Source: Acidimicrobiia bacterium
GTDB lineage: Bacteria > Actinomycetota > Acidimicrobiia > Acidimicrobiales > JANYDT01
NCBI GenBank assembly: GCA_031383405.1
Contig: JANMZO010000480.1
Coordinates: forward strand, 2,829-66,828
Length of the DNA stretch: 64,000 nt
Direction: 5' to 3'
The notes under the pieces are model-generated. The model made no database searches and was not told the DNA's origin. It worked only from the letters and a program-made list of their open reading frames with translations. Positions 1 to 9,527 of the stretch are shown here, one piece after another. A program made the position numbers and the translations under genes. Position 1 is the stretch's first letter; each line of letters begins with the position of its first letter.

Positions 1-511
1 GGACGAGCGTGAGGTGCTTGCGCGGACGGGACCTGGCGAGCGCGAACGCGTAGCGAACCGCCCGCTCCACGCCGAGGCGCGTGTTGACGCTTCCCTGCGT
101 CGCGATCTCGTGTTTGGTGCCCTTGCGGAGGAAGCCGCCCTCGCCGGCGTAGGTGCCTTCGGTGTTCTCGCGGATCACAATGCAATCGACGTTGTTCTTC
201 GGGAAGAGGAACGGCCGCTGGTTGATGTAGAGATCGAGTTCGAAGCGCATCTTCAGAAGAAGGCCGCGTTCGAGCACGCCGGGAGCGACTTCGGGGGTAC
301 CGATGGCGCCCAGAAGGATGGCGTCGTAACCTCGAAGTTCTTCCAGAACCAAATCCGGCAGGATCTCTCCCGTACGCAGGTAGCGCCGTCCACCAAGGTC
401 GTACTCGGTGGTTTCGAGCGTAACCCCCGTTGCGGCCACGACCTTCAGCGCCTCGGCCGTGACTTCAGGTCCGATTCCATCGCCACCGAGTACCGCGATC
501 TTGTGAGCCAT
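1..511 (-). CDS. leuB: 3-isopropylmalate dehydrogenase (5' part; runs off window start)
   Basis: Not in ORF track. Manual translation from ATG at 511 gives [24 protein letters not shown]...DAILLGAIG...[23 protein letters not shown], the IPMDH N-terminal signature; leuCD nearby. Confidence 0.93.
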   Translation of the reverse strand, partial: MAHKIAVLGGDGIGPEVTAEALKVVAATGVTLETTEYDLGGRRYLRTGEILPDLVLEELRGYDAILLGAIGTPEVAPGVLERGLLLKMRFELDLYINQRPFLFPKNNVDCIVIRENTEGTYAGEGGFLRKGTKHEIATQGSVNTRLGVERAVRYAFALARSRPRKHLTLV

Positions 512-671
512 GTGCCTGTGAACCTTTCGTTGGTGCGTCGTTGCTCGTGTTCGAGTGCACTGATTGCCTCGCGGAATCAGCCGGACGCTCAGGTTAGTGG
601 CCGATCGGGCAGGCATCCTCACCTCCCGTCGGCAATCTCCAAGGGGCAAGATGCAACTACCCTTGAGGGCT

Positions 672-1136
672 GTGAGTACGACCAAGCTTTCTCAAGCTGC
701 CTATGACCGCCTGAAGGCTGAGTTCGATGACCTCATCGGTCGCGGCAAGATCGATATCGCTCGGCGCATTGAAGCCGCCCGTGAAATGGGCGATCTTTCC
801 GAGAACGGCGACTATCACGCCGCCAAAGAGGAGCAGGGCAAGATGGACGCCCGGATGCGTCAGATTCTGTACGTCATCGAGTCGGCCGAGATCGTTGACA
901 GCGTCGACACGAGTGCCGTCAACGCTGGTTCCGTGGTGGAGATCCGCTATGAGGGCGATGGTGACACCGAAAAGTACCTCTTAGGCTCGATTGAAGAGCG
1001 CCGCGACGGTCTCGACGTCATGTCACCGCGCTCCCCGCTCGGTTCTGCGCTCCTGGGCCACAAGGTGGGCGACACGGTCGAGTACCAGGCTCCGGGCGGA
1101 AAGCTCAAGGTAGAGGTTGTCTCGATCTCGGCCTGA
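672..1136 (+). CDS. greA: Transcription elongation factor GreA
   Basis: Motifs [20 protein letters not shown] and SPLGSALLG; GTG at 672 has a TACCCT -10-like hexamer 8 nt upstream. Confidence 0.93.
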   Translation: MSTTKLSQAAYDRLKAEFDDLIGRGKIDIARRIEAAREMGDLSENGDYHAAKEEQGKMDARMRQILYVIESAEIVDSVDTSAVNAGSVVEIRYEGDGDTEKYLLGSIEERRDGLDVMSPRSPLGSALLGHKVGDTVEYQAPGGKLKVEVVSISA

Positions 1137-1185
1137 CGTCGCCGAGCGAGCCCACCCCATATCGGCTCCGGGTGCACGTCCTGCA

Positions 1186-1283
1186 CAGCCATGACCGGGA
1201 AACAGCCATGACCGGGCGTCGGCTGGTCGGGAAACAGCCATGACCGGGAACCAGCCATGACCGGGCTTCGGCTGGCCGATCAT
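1186..1283 (+). repeat. Nested tandem duplication: 4 copies of CAGCCATGACCGGG forming two ~49-bp units
   Basis: Copies start at 1186, 1203, 1235 and 1252; the last contains the ATG of the GH15-like gene. Confidence 0.9.
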
Positions 1284-3017
1284 GGCGTGATCGGCGATCG
1301 GGCGACGGCGGCGCTGATCGATGCCACCGGTGCGATCGACTGGTATGCGCCCGATGGGATGGATCGTCCGGCATCGCTGTACCGGCTGGTCGATCCGACC
1401 GGTGGCACGATCCGCATCGGACTCGACCGCCAAGATGTCGTCGGCGAGCAGACTCACGATTCGAATGCACCGATCGTCACCACGACGTTGACGGCCCGCG
1501 ATGCGACGTTCTCGGTAACCGACCATCTTCTTCGGGGCCGAATCGTTCGGGTGGTCACCGGCCTTCGCGGCATGTCCGAGGTCACCACCGAAGTCGTGCC
1601 GGGTTGGCGATTCGGAGTTCCCCGCCGTGTCGATCGGTGGTCCGACGGTATTGCGTTCGGTTCCCTGATCGTTCGCGGCGTCGATCTCGACACGCCGCGG
1701 GTGCTCGCGCCCGACGAACGGTTCGTCGTCACAATTTCACCCCTCGACGATCAGAGAATGCTCCGCCGCGCTCCGGAGTTGGCGGGTCTGACAGTGGACG
1801 GCGCAATGGCGGAGCAGGTCCTCCTGCGACGCGAATGGCGCAACTCCCTCGGTCGGATCGAACTTACATCGGCGTATCGCGCTCAGGCGCTCACCTCGAT
1901 CCGCCATCTCCGGTTAATGACGGATCGAACCTCCAACGCGCTTTTACGTGCACTTACGACATCGCTTCCCGCCCGCACGGGAAATGAGCGGAACATCGAT
2001 GAACGCTACGCCTGGCTGCGTGACAATGCCGACGTCACAATGCTCTGGGAATCCCTCGGCGCCCACGAATGGGCGTATGCGTCGCGGTGGTGGCTCCACC
2101 AACGAGCCCGCGACGAGTATCCGTTGGCACCCGCCTACCAGTGTTCGGGCGACGGAATCGGCAGTGAGCAGGATGCAATGCTGCCCGGGTGGCGAGGGCA
2201 TGGCCCCGTTCGTTCCGGTAACAGGGTGGGGTCGTTGCTCGATCTCGGCGCGACAGCCCAACTCTCACTGGTTCTCGACGCCCGGTCATCGTGGCCCGAG
2301 CTTGAGAGGCTCGGGAATTTTCTGGCTGAGAACATTCGACGACCCGACAACGGTCGCTGGGACCGTCGGGCCCGTCCGCAGCGACACGTCGAGTCGGCGC
2401 TGGCGGTGCGCGGCGCCCTCGGCGCGCTCATCCGGACGGCCCAGCGACGCGATCCACTCGACCTTGTGGTCGTGGGCTGGCGGGAAGCGCTGAGCGGACT
2501 CGATGACTGGTTACGGAAGGAAGGGTGTTTCGGCCGTCGACCGACCGCCGGATGGCGCCGGCTAGGCGCAGCGACCGAGGGCGATATTGGCGACGACACC
2601 TCCGACGCGTCCCTGCTCATGCATCTGTGCGATCCTGTGGCGTTTCCATCGCTGCCCGACGACGGACCTGACGATGCCGCGACCAGACGCAACGCGACGC
2701 TCGCCCAGACCTCGGCTCAACTGTCGGAGGGCGTTCTGATGCACCGCCATCTCGCACATGTCGACGACGGCTTTCCACCTGGTCAAGGAGCAGATTTGTG
2801 GGCGTCGTTCACGTTCGTTCGCGCGCTGTGCGCCGCTAACCGTTGGGAGGAGGCGCATGAGCGAATGGAGTCGCTACTTCCGCTGCTTGGCCCGACCGGA
2901 ATCGGCGCAACCCACGTGGACCCTGCGTCGCGGGACCTTCGCGGCAACCTGGTCGCTGCGCCCACACATCTCGCTGTCGTGATGGCTTGCGCGGCGTTTG
3001 CCAATAGCCCGCAGTAG
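1257..3017 (+). CDS. Glycoside hydrolase family 15-like (trehalase/glucoamylase-like) protein with degenerate catalytic motifs
   Basis: N-terminal DHGVIGDRATAAL...GAIDW, then TTSLP...RNIDERYAWLRD, DASLL and C-terminal GN...H, all matching GH15 layout. Confidence 0.75.
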   Translation: MTGLRLADHGVIGDRATAALIDATGAIDWYAPDGMDRPASLYRLVDPTGGTIRIGLDRQDVVGEQTHDSNAPIVTTTLTARDATFSVTDHLLRGRIVRVVTGLRGMSEVTTEVVPGWRFGVPRRVDRWSDGIAFGSLIVRGVDLDTPRVLAPDERFVVTISPLDDQRMLRRAPELAGLTVDGAMAEQVLLRREWRNSLGRIELTSAYRAQALTSIRHLRLMTDRTSNALLRALTTSLPARTGNERNIDERYAWLRDNADVTMLWESLGAHEWAYASRWWLHQRARDEYPLAPAYQCSGDGIGSEQDAMLPGWRGHGPVRSGNRVGSLLDLGATAQLSLVLDARSSWPELERLGNFLAENIRRPDNGRWDRRARPQRHVESALAVRGALGALIRTAQRRDPLDLVVVGWREALSGLDDWLRKEGCFGRRPTAGWRRLGAATEGDIGDDTSDASLLMHLCDPVAFPSLPDDGPDDAATRRNATLAQTSAQLSEGVLMHRHLAHVDDGFPPGQGADLWASFTFVRALCAANRWEEAHERMESLLPLLGPTGIGATHVDPASRDLRGNLVAAPTHLAVVMACAAFANSPQ

Positions 3018-3080
3018 CTGACGGATCGCCGCGGGCCGCCGAAATCGTAACCAGTGACGATTGCAAGTACCCTTAGCTTT

Positions 3081-3992
3081 ATGGTCGATCGATCGTCTGA
3101 ACCAGCTGCCGCTGATGCGAAGGTAGGACGCGCACGAACTGAGCGGGTCGATTGCGCACCTGAGGGCCGGTTCGTCGTACTTCCGGGCCGTGGCAAAACG
3201 TATGTGTACGAACTACAGGGTCCGGCCAACGCACCGACCATCGTATTGCTTCACGGTTGGACGGCTACGGCGGCCCTCAATTTTTCCCAGTTGCTGGTGC
3301 CTCTGTCGGCGAAGTACCGCGTGCTCGCGATGGACATGCGCGGTCACGGTCGCGGAATTCGTCCGCGCCCCTTTTTCCGCCTCGAAGACTGTGCCGATGA
3401 TGCCATTGCGTTGGCCGACGCACTCGGTATCGACCAGATCATCCCCATCGGATATTCGATGGGCGGTACGGTTGCCCAGCTCATTGCCCACCGAGAACCC
3501 GCCCGCGTGAGTGGTGTCGTTCTGTGTGCGACGGCGAAGACGTTCAAGTCGCAGGGCCGCGATCGTTTTCTCTGGGAAGGCTCAATGGGGATCGCGGCAA
3601 CGATGCTCACCATTGCACCCAACGGAGTTCGCCAACAGATTCTCGATCGTTTCGTGCTGGTGAGGGCCAAGCCCGAGACCCCGCCGTGGATGGTGGATGA
3701 GATCAAGCGCAATGATCCCGCAATTGTCATCCAGGCCGGCCTCGCGCTCGGCCGCTTCGACGCCACCGACTGGATCGGAACGCTCGGTCGAGAGGGATCA
3801 AGTGGCATCCCGGCTTCAGTCGTGATCACCACGAAAGACACGACGGTTGCGACACCCCGGCAGCGTGCGCTCGCGAAGGCGATGACCGGAGCAACCGCCC
3901 ATGAGGTCGACGCGGGCCATCGGGCGGCTGTGACCGATTCCGATCTCTTTATACGCGCGCTGACGGACGCGCTCCGCGACGTCACGACGTAA
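3081..3992 (+). CDS. Alpha/beta-fold hydrolase
   Basis: LLHGW, DMRGHG, nucleophile elbow GYSMG, C-terminal AGH; ATG at 3081 preceded by TACCCT. Confidence 0.85.
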   Translation: MVDRSSEPAAADAKVGRARTERVDCAPEGRFVVLPGRGKTYVYELQGPANAPTIVLLHGWTATAALNFSQLLVPLSAKYRVLAMDMRGHGRGIRPRPFFRLEDCADDAIALADALGIDQIIPIGYSMGGTVAQLIAHREPARVSGVVLCATAKTFKSQGRDRFLWEGSMGIAATMLTIAPNGVRQQILDRFVLVRAKPETPPWMVDEIKRNDPAIVIQAGLALGRFDATDWIGTLGREGSSGIPASVVITTKDTTVATPRQRALAKAMTGATAHEVDAGHRAAVTDSDLFIRALTDALRDVTT

Positions 3993-4078
3993 CCTAGCGT
4001 CCGAAAGGGTCGGTGTGGCGTCCTTCTGCTTTCCGACGAAGGACCCTGCAACAAGGCAACGCCAGCTACGGTTGGACC

Positions 4079-4957
4079 ATGCGGTTATGGCCCAGACACT
4101 GGCACCCGGAGACGTGGATATGTTCCATGCGAGGGCACGTCGCGCCGGCCATGAACGTAGAGTTTCTCACCGAGGCCGATGCCGCCCTCGGAGCGATCCT
4201 CGGTGACGGTCGACGCCTCGCCCGCTGTCTACGTTGTGATACGTGGGTCGAGCACACGCAACCAGTCGGGCAGGAGATAACGTCGCAGGTGCTTCCTGGA
4301 GTTGACGATCTCCCGAAACCCCGCCGGGGCGAGCCGTTACACGAGGCGATTCTCATGAAACTGATCTCGATCAACAAGGGCGTTCACGCGTTGTTGTTCA
4401 CGATCATCGCGGGAATACTGGCAGCGCTTCAGTCCAACATCGGCCCGCTGCAGAAATGGGCGGAGCGAATCAACACGGCCCTAGCACCGGTGGTCAACGA
4501 CACCGGGCAGGGCGCGGGCCGATCATTCGTCACCCGTCAACTCGAACGCATACTTTCCCTGAAGGCCAACACCATCAGAGTGCTGTTGATAACCGCCTCG
4601 CTGTATGCCGCGATGGAGGCGGTTGAGTCAGTCGGGTTGTGGCGCGAACGACGCTGGGCCGAGTACCTGACGGTTCTCGCGACTGCTGGTTTCCTGCCCC
4701 TCGAGATCGACGAACTCGCGAAGGAAGTCACCACGTTGCGGATGAGTGCCTTCGTGGTGAACGTCGCGCTCCTGTCGTGGCTGGTATGGAACAAGCGGCT
4801 GTTCGGGCTCCGTGGCGGTCACCGCGCGTTACTCCAGCATGACCGTACGGATTGGCCGGCGGTGATTGCCGGCCCAACACCGGCAACTCAACGATCGGTT
4901 CAACGGCGCAAGTTCTGGCCGTTTCGACCCGGGACCCGTTCGGGCCCGACCGGATGA
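4079..4957 (+). CDS. DUF2127-like membrane protein with N-terminal Cys/His (CxxRGH...CLRC) region
   Basis: EAVESVGLWRERRWAEYLTVLATAGFLPLEI resembles DUF2127; several hydrophobic helices. Confidence 0.7.
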   Translation: MRLWPRHWHPETWICSMRGHVAPAMNVEFLTEADAALGAILGDGRRLARCLRCDTWVEHTQPVGQEITSQVLPGVDDLPKPRRGEPLHEAILMKLISINKGVHALLFTIIAGILAALQSNIGPLQKWAERINTALAPVVNDTGQGAGRSFVTRQLERILSLKANTIRVLLITASLYAAMEAVESVGLWRERRWAEYLTVLATAGFLPLEIDELAKEVTTLRMSAFVVNVALLSWLVWNKRLFGLRGGHRALLQHDRTDWPAVIAGPTPATQRSVQRRKFWPFRPGTRSGPTG

Positions 4958-5631
4958 AGGTCACCACGCAGGTACCAGCCGGCCGACGTTTCGATCGACC
5001 GGGCCGCGTGCATCACGGCCTCGGCGTATTTGGCCCCGGGTGCCTTGGTTGTGCGGGTAATCGGACCTGACACCGACACGGCGGCGCGGACCTCGCCGGT
5101 GTCATCAAAGATAGGTGCACTTACAGATGCCACCCCGGCCTCGCGCTCCCCTACGCTTTCGACCCAGCCCCGACGAAGAGCCGCTGCCTCCCGAAGCAGT
5201 ACCCGCCCCGCCGAGCCCTTGTCGAGTGGTAGTGCGGCACCGACGGCGACGATCGTCCGCAAACCGTGGGGCGACTCGACGGTGTCGATGCAGATGCGGG
5301 TGTCGCCGTCGCGCACGTAGAGCTGCGCACTTTCGCCGGTGACAGCCACAAGCTCCTCCAATGACGGGCGGGCCAGATCGCGAAGGGGAAATCCCTCGGA
5401 TGCGGTGCGGCCGAGCTCGACCAGACGGGGACCGAGAATGAAGCGGCCCCGACCGTCACGGCGCAAGATGCCGTGGGCTTCGAGGGCGGTGGCGAGCCGG
5501 TGGGCGGTGGCCCGGTGAAACCCGGTCGCCTCGGTGAGAGCAGCCAGGGCCATGGGTTCGGACTGCACCGCACCCACGATGGCCATCGCTTTATCAAGTA
5601 CTCCGACATCGCTTACACTGGGTTTCGCCAC
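4900..5631 (-). CDS. IclR-family regulator divergent from leuCD (NdgR/LtbR-like)
   Basis: VGVLDKA...ATAHRLA HTH, TGESAQLY, GSAGRVL, SVGERE; position divergent from leuC as for Streptomyces ndgR. Confidence 0.88.
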   Translation of the reverse strand: MAKPSVSDVGVLDKAMAIVGAVQSEPMALAALTEATGFHRATAHRLATALEAHGILRRDGRGRFILGPRLVELGRTASEGFPLRDLARPSLEELVAVTGESAQLYVRDGDTRICIDTVESPHGLRTIVAVGAALPLDKGSAGRVLLREAAALRRGWVESVGEREAGVASVSAPIFDDTGEVRAAVSVSGPITRTTKAPGAKYAEAVMHAARSIETSAGWYLRGDLHPVGPERVPGRNGQNLRR

Positions 5632-5642
5632 CCGAGAATCCT

Positions 5643-5659
5643 ATCTCAAATGGCGAGAC
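5643..5659. promoter_or_regulatory. Candidate IclR operator (ATCTCAAATGGCGAGAC, TCTC-N7-GAGA)
   Basis: Imperfect palindrome in the 72-bp IclR/leuC intergenic region, overlapping the -10-like TAGGAT of the IclR gene. Confidence 0.5.
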
Positions 5660-5703
5660 ATGAGTCTTGGTAGATTTCAGAAACACCGATGATCGGAGCA
5701 TCC

Positions 5704-7119
5704 ATGGGAAAGACACTGAGCGAGAAAATCTGGGAGCGTCACCTCGTTCGCGCGGCAGACGGCGAGCCGGATCTTCTCTATATCGACCTTCACCTCGTCC
5801 ACGAGGTCACGTCGCCTCAGGCCTTCGACGGTCTACGGATAGCGAACCGCAAGGTCCGCCGCCCCGATCTCACCGTCGCCACCATGGACCACAATGTCCC
5901 GACCGATATCAAGGGTCTGAACATGACCAACACCGAGTTGGTGACCGACGAGGTCAGTCGTCAGCAGATGCAGAAACTTCAGAGCAACTGCGACGAGTTC
6001 GGCATCACGCTCTACCCGATGGGTCATCCGAAACAGGGAATTGTGCACGTCATCGGTCCGGAGCAGGGCCTCACCCTTCCGGGGATGACCATTGTGTGCG
6101 GCGACTCCCACACCTCGACGCACGGTGCGTTCGGCTCGCTGGCGTTCGGCATCGGCACCAGTGAGGTCGAGCACGTACTTGCCACGCAGACGCTGCCGCA
6201 GACCCGTCCGAAGACGATGGCCGTCAACATCGAAGGCGACCTTCCGGCCGGTGTGACGCCCAAAGACGTGGTGCTGGCAATCATCGCGAACATCGGTACT
6301 GGGGGCGGCATGGGCCACGTGATCGAGTATCGCGGTTCGGTGTTCCGCGATATGTCCATGGAAGGCCGAATGACGGTCTGCAACATGAGCATCGAAGGCG
6401 GGGCCAAGGCCGGTCTCGTCGCTCCCGACGAAACCACGTTCGCATACCTTCAGGGTCGTGAGCATGCACCGAAGGGTGCGGCGTGGGATGCAGCCTTGGC
6501 CGACTGGCGTTCGCTGGTCACCGACGAAGATGCAGTGTTCGACAAGGTCGTGAGCATTGATGCGTCGACGCTCGAGCCACATGTGAGTTGGGGAACCAAC
6601 CCGGGCCAGACGCTTCCGATCAGTGCGAGACTCCCCGACCCTTCCGCATTCACCGACCCGGTTGAGAAGGATGCCGCTCAAAGGGCCCTCACCTACATGG
6701 GCCTGAGCGCCGGTATGGCGATCAAGGACATCCCGGTCGACACCGTATTCATCGGCTCGTGCACAAACTCGCGGATTGAAGATCTCCGGGCCGCGGCCAA
6801 CGTGTTCAAAGGTCGGTTCGTCAAAGCCGGTATGCGGGTCATGGTCGTTCCCGGATCGTTCGCCGTAAAGACCCAAGCCGAGTCGGAAGGTCTCGACGCC
6901 GTCTTCACCGCCGCCGGTGTCGACTGGCGTGAACCCGGGTGCTCCATGTGCCTCGCCATGAACCCCGACAAGCTAGCGATCGGCGAACGATCGGCCTCGA
7001 CCAGTAACCGCAACTTCGAGGGCCGTCAGGGCCGGGGTGGTCGCACCCACCTCGTGTCGCCGCAGGTTGCCGCGGCCACGGCGATTCTCGGTCATTTCGG
7101 CACGCCCGAAGACCTCTGA
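5704..7119 (+). CDS. leuC: 3-isopropylmalate dehydratase large subunit
   Basis: [51 protein letters not shown]. Confidence 0.98.
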   Translation: MGKTLSEKIWERHLVRAADGEPDLLYIDLHLVHEVTSPQAFDGLRIANRKVRRPDLTVATMDHNVPTDIKGLNMTNTELVTDEVSRQQMQKLQSNCDEFGITLYPMGHPKQGIVHVIGPEQGLTLPGMTIVCGDSHTSTHGAFGSLAFGIGTSEVEHVLATQTLPQTRPKTMAVNIEGDLPAGVTPKDVVLAIIANIGTGGGMGHVIEYRGSVFRDMSMEGRMTVCNMSIEGGAKAGLVAPDETTFAYLQGREHAPKGAAWDAALADWRSLVTDEDAVFDKVVSIDASTLEPHVSWGTNPGQTLPISARLPDPSAFTDPVEKDAAQRALTYMGLSAGMAIKDIPVDTVFIGSCTNSRIEDLRAAANVFKGRFVKAGMRVMVVPGSFAVKTQAESEGLDAVFTAAGVDWREPGCSMCLAMNPDKLAIGERSASTSNRNFEGRQGRGGRTHLVSPQVAAATAILGHFGTPEDL

Positions 7120-7187
7120 TCTGCTCGACCCCCCACACTTATTACGTACGCTTATCTTCACGACCTCAGACTTGAAACGAGAACATC

Positions 7188-7781
7188 ATGGAAGCAGTTC
7201 GCGCCATCACCGGCACCGCAGTTCCTCTCGACCGCTCCGACGTCGACACCGACCAGATCATCCCGTCCGACTGGCTGAAGCGCATTGAACGCACCGGCTT
7301 CGGCAAAGGTCTCTTCGCCGAGTGGCGAGACGACCGCGACTTCGTGTTGAACAACGAGGAGTTCGCCGGCGCAAACATCCTCGTGGCCGGGGCGAACTTC
7401 GGCACCGGCTCCTCACGCGAGCATGCGGTGTGGGCGCTTGAGGACTACGGGTTCAAGGCCGTCGTGTCGCCGCGCTTCGGCGACATCTTCAAGAACAACG
7501 CAACCAAGGTCGGGCTCCTACCGGTTCAGGTGTCGGCCGAAGTCGGCCAGCAGCTTATGGCCGCAGTGCAGGCCGACCCGACGCTCGAGATCACCATTGA
7601 CGTCGAACGTCGAACACTCAGCGCCCCGAAAATCGGCCTTGAGACCACCTTCCCGCTCGACGACTTCACGCAGTACCGACTCCTCAACGGTCTCGACGAC
7701 ATCGGTCTCACCCTGCGTCACGGCGACTCGATCACCAGCTTCGAGTCCATGCGCCCGGCCTGGGCTCCCACGGCTCAGTGA
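7188..7781 (+). CDS. leuD: 3-isopropylmalate dehydratase small subunit
   Basis: DVDTDQIIP, NFGTGSSREHAVWAL, LLNGLDDI. Confidence 0.98.
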   Translation: MEAVRAITGTAVPLDRSDVDTDQIIPSDWLKRIERTGFGKGLFAEWRDDRDFVLNNEEFAGANILVAGANFGTGSSREHAVWALEDYGFKAVVSPRFGDIFKNNATKVGLLPVQVSAEVGQQLMAAVQADPTLEITIDVERRTLSAPKIGLETTFPLDDFTQYRLLNGLDDIGLTLRHGDSITSFESMRPAWAPTAQ

Positions 7782-7942
7782 GCGACCACTACTCCGCCTG
7801 CGCACCCGCCCAATGCCCAACGCCCAACGCCGAAAATATGTTCGCTGTCTCGCACGGTCTCCGGGGAGTTGGGGAACTGACCGCCACGAAATGGGTTGCG
7901 ACGGACCTTCCCAACCCGGCGAGGGTCCGGTGACCGGGCGGG

Positions 7943-9421
7943 TCAGCTGACCATTGCCCCTCGGAGGGCGTAGGAACCGGTGCCGACCTTCAGTGTTTCG
8001 CTGAAATGCGATTTCGTAAGCTTCCATAAGGTCGACTCGAGAGCGCTGCCGCCGAGGTCGATCCACACGGTGGCATCCGCTTGCCCGATCGGGCCTTCTG
8101 CGACATCGTTCAGGTTGAATGAGATCTCGGCCGTGCCCTGCTCTTTGATCTTCATGGTGACGTCGGCCTTGGTCCTGCCGACGTGGAAGCGCATCGTGTC
8201 GCGGCCGACGAGTGTGTCGGTGGCCAGGCACGTCACCGTGATCGAATATTTAGGGTTCTTCTGTTTCAGTGCAGCGCTGGTGAAGGCGGCGGTGTCTTCA
8301 TCGCCGGCGGCCTGGGCCTTTGGCAGATTGTCGAGGAGCAGCGAGGACGATTGCGTCATGGCTGCTTCCAATGACGAGAACGCGAGGTAGGAATGAGCGG
8401 CTTTCTTGGCGGATTCGCCGTCGACGACCGACGGCGCCTCGTTCGATGCTCCCGCCTTGCCGCCCTTCCCTGAGGCCTTATCACCTTCGGCCAATGCACC
8501 GAGCCCCTGCACGTCCCAGGGAAGGCTCCATGCCGATCGAGAGAGATGGGTGACTGAGCCCGGCGGGTCATCGTAACCCTTCACGCCGAACGATGTCTGG
8601 AACGACTCCTGTCCCTTCACCGCCACGAGCTTGGCTGCACCGATCGTGTTTGCAACGGTCATAGACGGCTGGTCGAAGGCGTCGCGTCCGGGAACGATAC
8701 CGGAGACCGACACCGACGGATTGTCAGCCGTCAAGGCTCCGGGCGGGAGGAAGAACGGCGCTTGCGCAGCAGCGACGACCGTGCCACCCGAGTTCACTTC
8801 GGAGACATCCCGGTGCGCGCCCGTTGTTCCCACATTCCCCTCGAATTGGATGGGCGCGTCGTCCGGTTTCGCGGCGGGTTGCTCGTAGACGGCACGCCGA
8901 TCGGACACCTTGACCGTCTGCACGAAGCCGCCCTGAACGATCTTGCCCGTAGCAATGGAATAAGCAGCTTTGTTGAGTGTGAGTTGGACATCCGTCATCA
9001 CGGCCTTCGGCCCGGTGATCGTGGTCATCGATCCGTTGATCGCCGCCGAAGTCACCCCCGACATTTTCGGCACGGCCGGCGGTGACGCGGTCACCATGTC
9101 GGCGGGAACCGGTCCACCCTTCCACTCGGTCGGTGCGCCGGCCGCCGGTGCGGCGGTCGGCGCCGCGGATGGGGGATCGCCCCGTTGCACCAGCGAAGCG
9201 GTCGAACGCAGGACACGCTGCACGGCCCGGTTGCCGATCGTTCGCTGGAGTCCATCAACCGCCGAGGCGAGCAACGTTCTTCGGGCAATCGTCGCAGTTC
9301 CCGATTGAGCACGCAGATAGGGTTGCGACGCTGCCCTTTCAGGCAATCCAGGGCTGCGTTCGTAGCGGAGTTCGGATGCACGAGCCTCAGCGACGGGCTC
9401 GGGACGAACTGCGTCGGCCAT
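7943..9421 (-). CDS. Hypothetical protein with N-terminal LQRxxGNxAV...VQR motif (possible eCIS/DUF4157-associated cargo)
   Basis: 492-aa ORF; LQRTIGNRAVQRVLR...LVQR followed by a Pro/Ala linker and beta-rich-looking domains; GAGG upstream of ATG. Confidence 0.6.
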   Translation of the reverse strand: MADAVRPEPVAEARASELRYERSPGLPERAASQPYLRAQSGTATIARRTLLASAVDGLQRTIGNRAVQRVLRSTASLVQRGDPPSAAPTAAPAAGAPTEWKGGPVPADMVTASPPAVPKMSGVTSAAINGSMTTITGPKAVMTDVQLTLNKAAYSIATGKIVQGGFVQTVKVSDRRAVYEQPAAKPDDAPIQFEGNVGTTGAHRDVSEVNSGGTVVAAAQAPFFLPPGALTADNPSVSVSGIVPGRDAFDQPSMTVANTIGAAKLVAVKGQESFQTSFGVKGYDDPPGSVTHLSRSAWSLPWDVQGLGALAEGDKASGKGGKAGASNEAPSVVDGESAKKAAHSYLAFSSLEAAMTQSSSLLLDNLPKAQAAGDEDTAAFTSAALKQKNPKYSITVTCLATDTLVGRDTMRFHVGRTKADVTMKIKEQGTAEISFNLNDVAEGPIGQADATVWIDLGGSALESTLWKLTKSHFSETLKVGTGSYALRGAMVS

Positions 9422-9527
9422 TACCTCGCATAGTACCGGACTTCATGTCCGTCCGCACCCGTCGCCTGCATCCGCACCTGACTCGAAGCCAACGACGCCA
9501 AACCTGACGAAATCGCAGCTTCAGGTC

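Noticed and set aside
14-706. 230-aa plus-strand ORF, and similar long antisense ORFs (e.g. 12101-13354, 21433-22983, 42743-43888, 44560-45822)
   Set aside because: Shadow frames opposite well-recognised genes (leuB, aminotransferase, nuo), as expected from high-GC codon bias; no motifs.
1186-1283. Possible mini-CRISPR array
   Set aside because: Repeats are 14 bp with 3-18 bp non-unique spacers and no cas genes nearby; it is a nested tandem duplication.
5632-5703. Leucine attenuator or leader peptide upstream of leuC
   Set aside because: No Leu-rich leader ORF or terminator; IclR control explains the region better.
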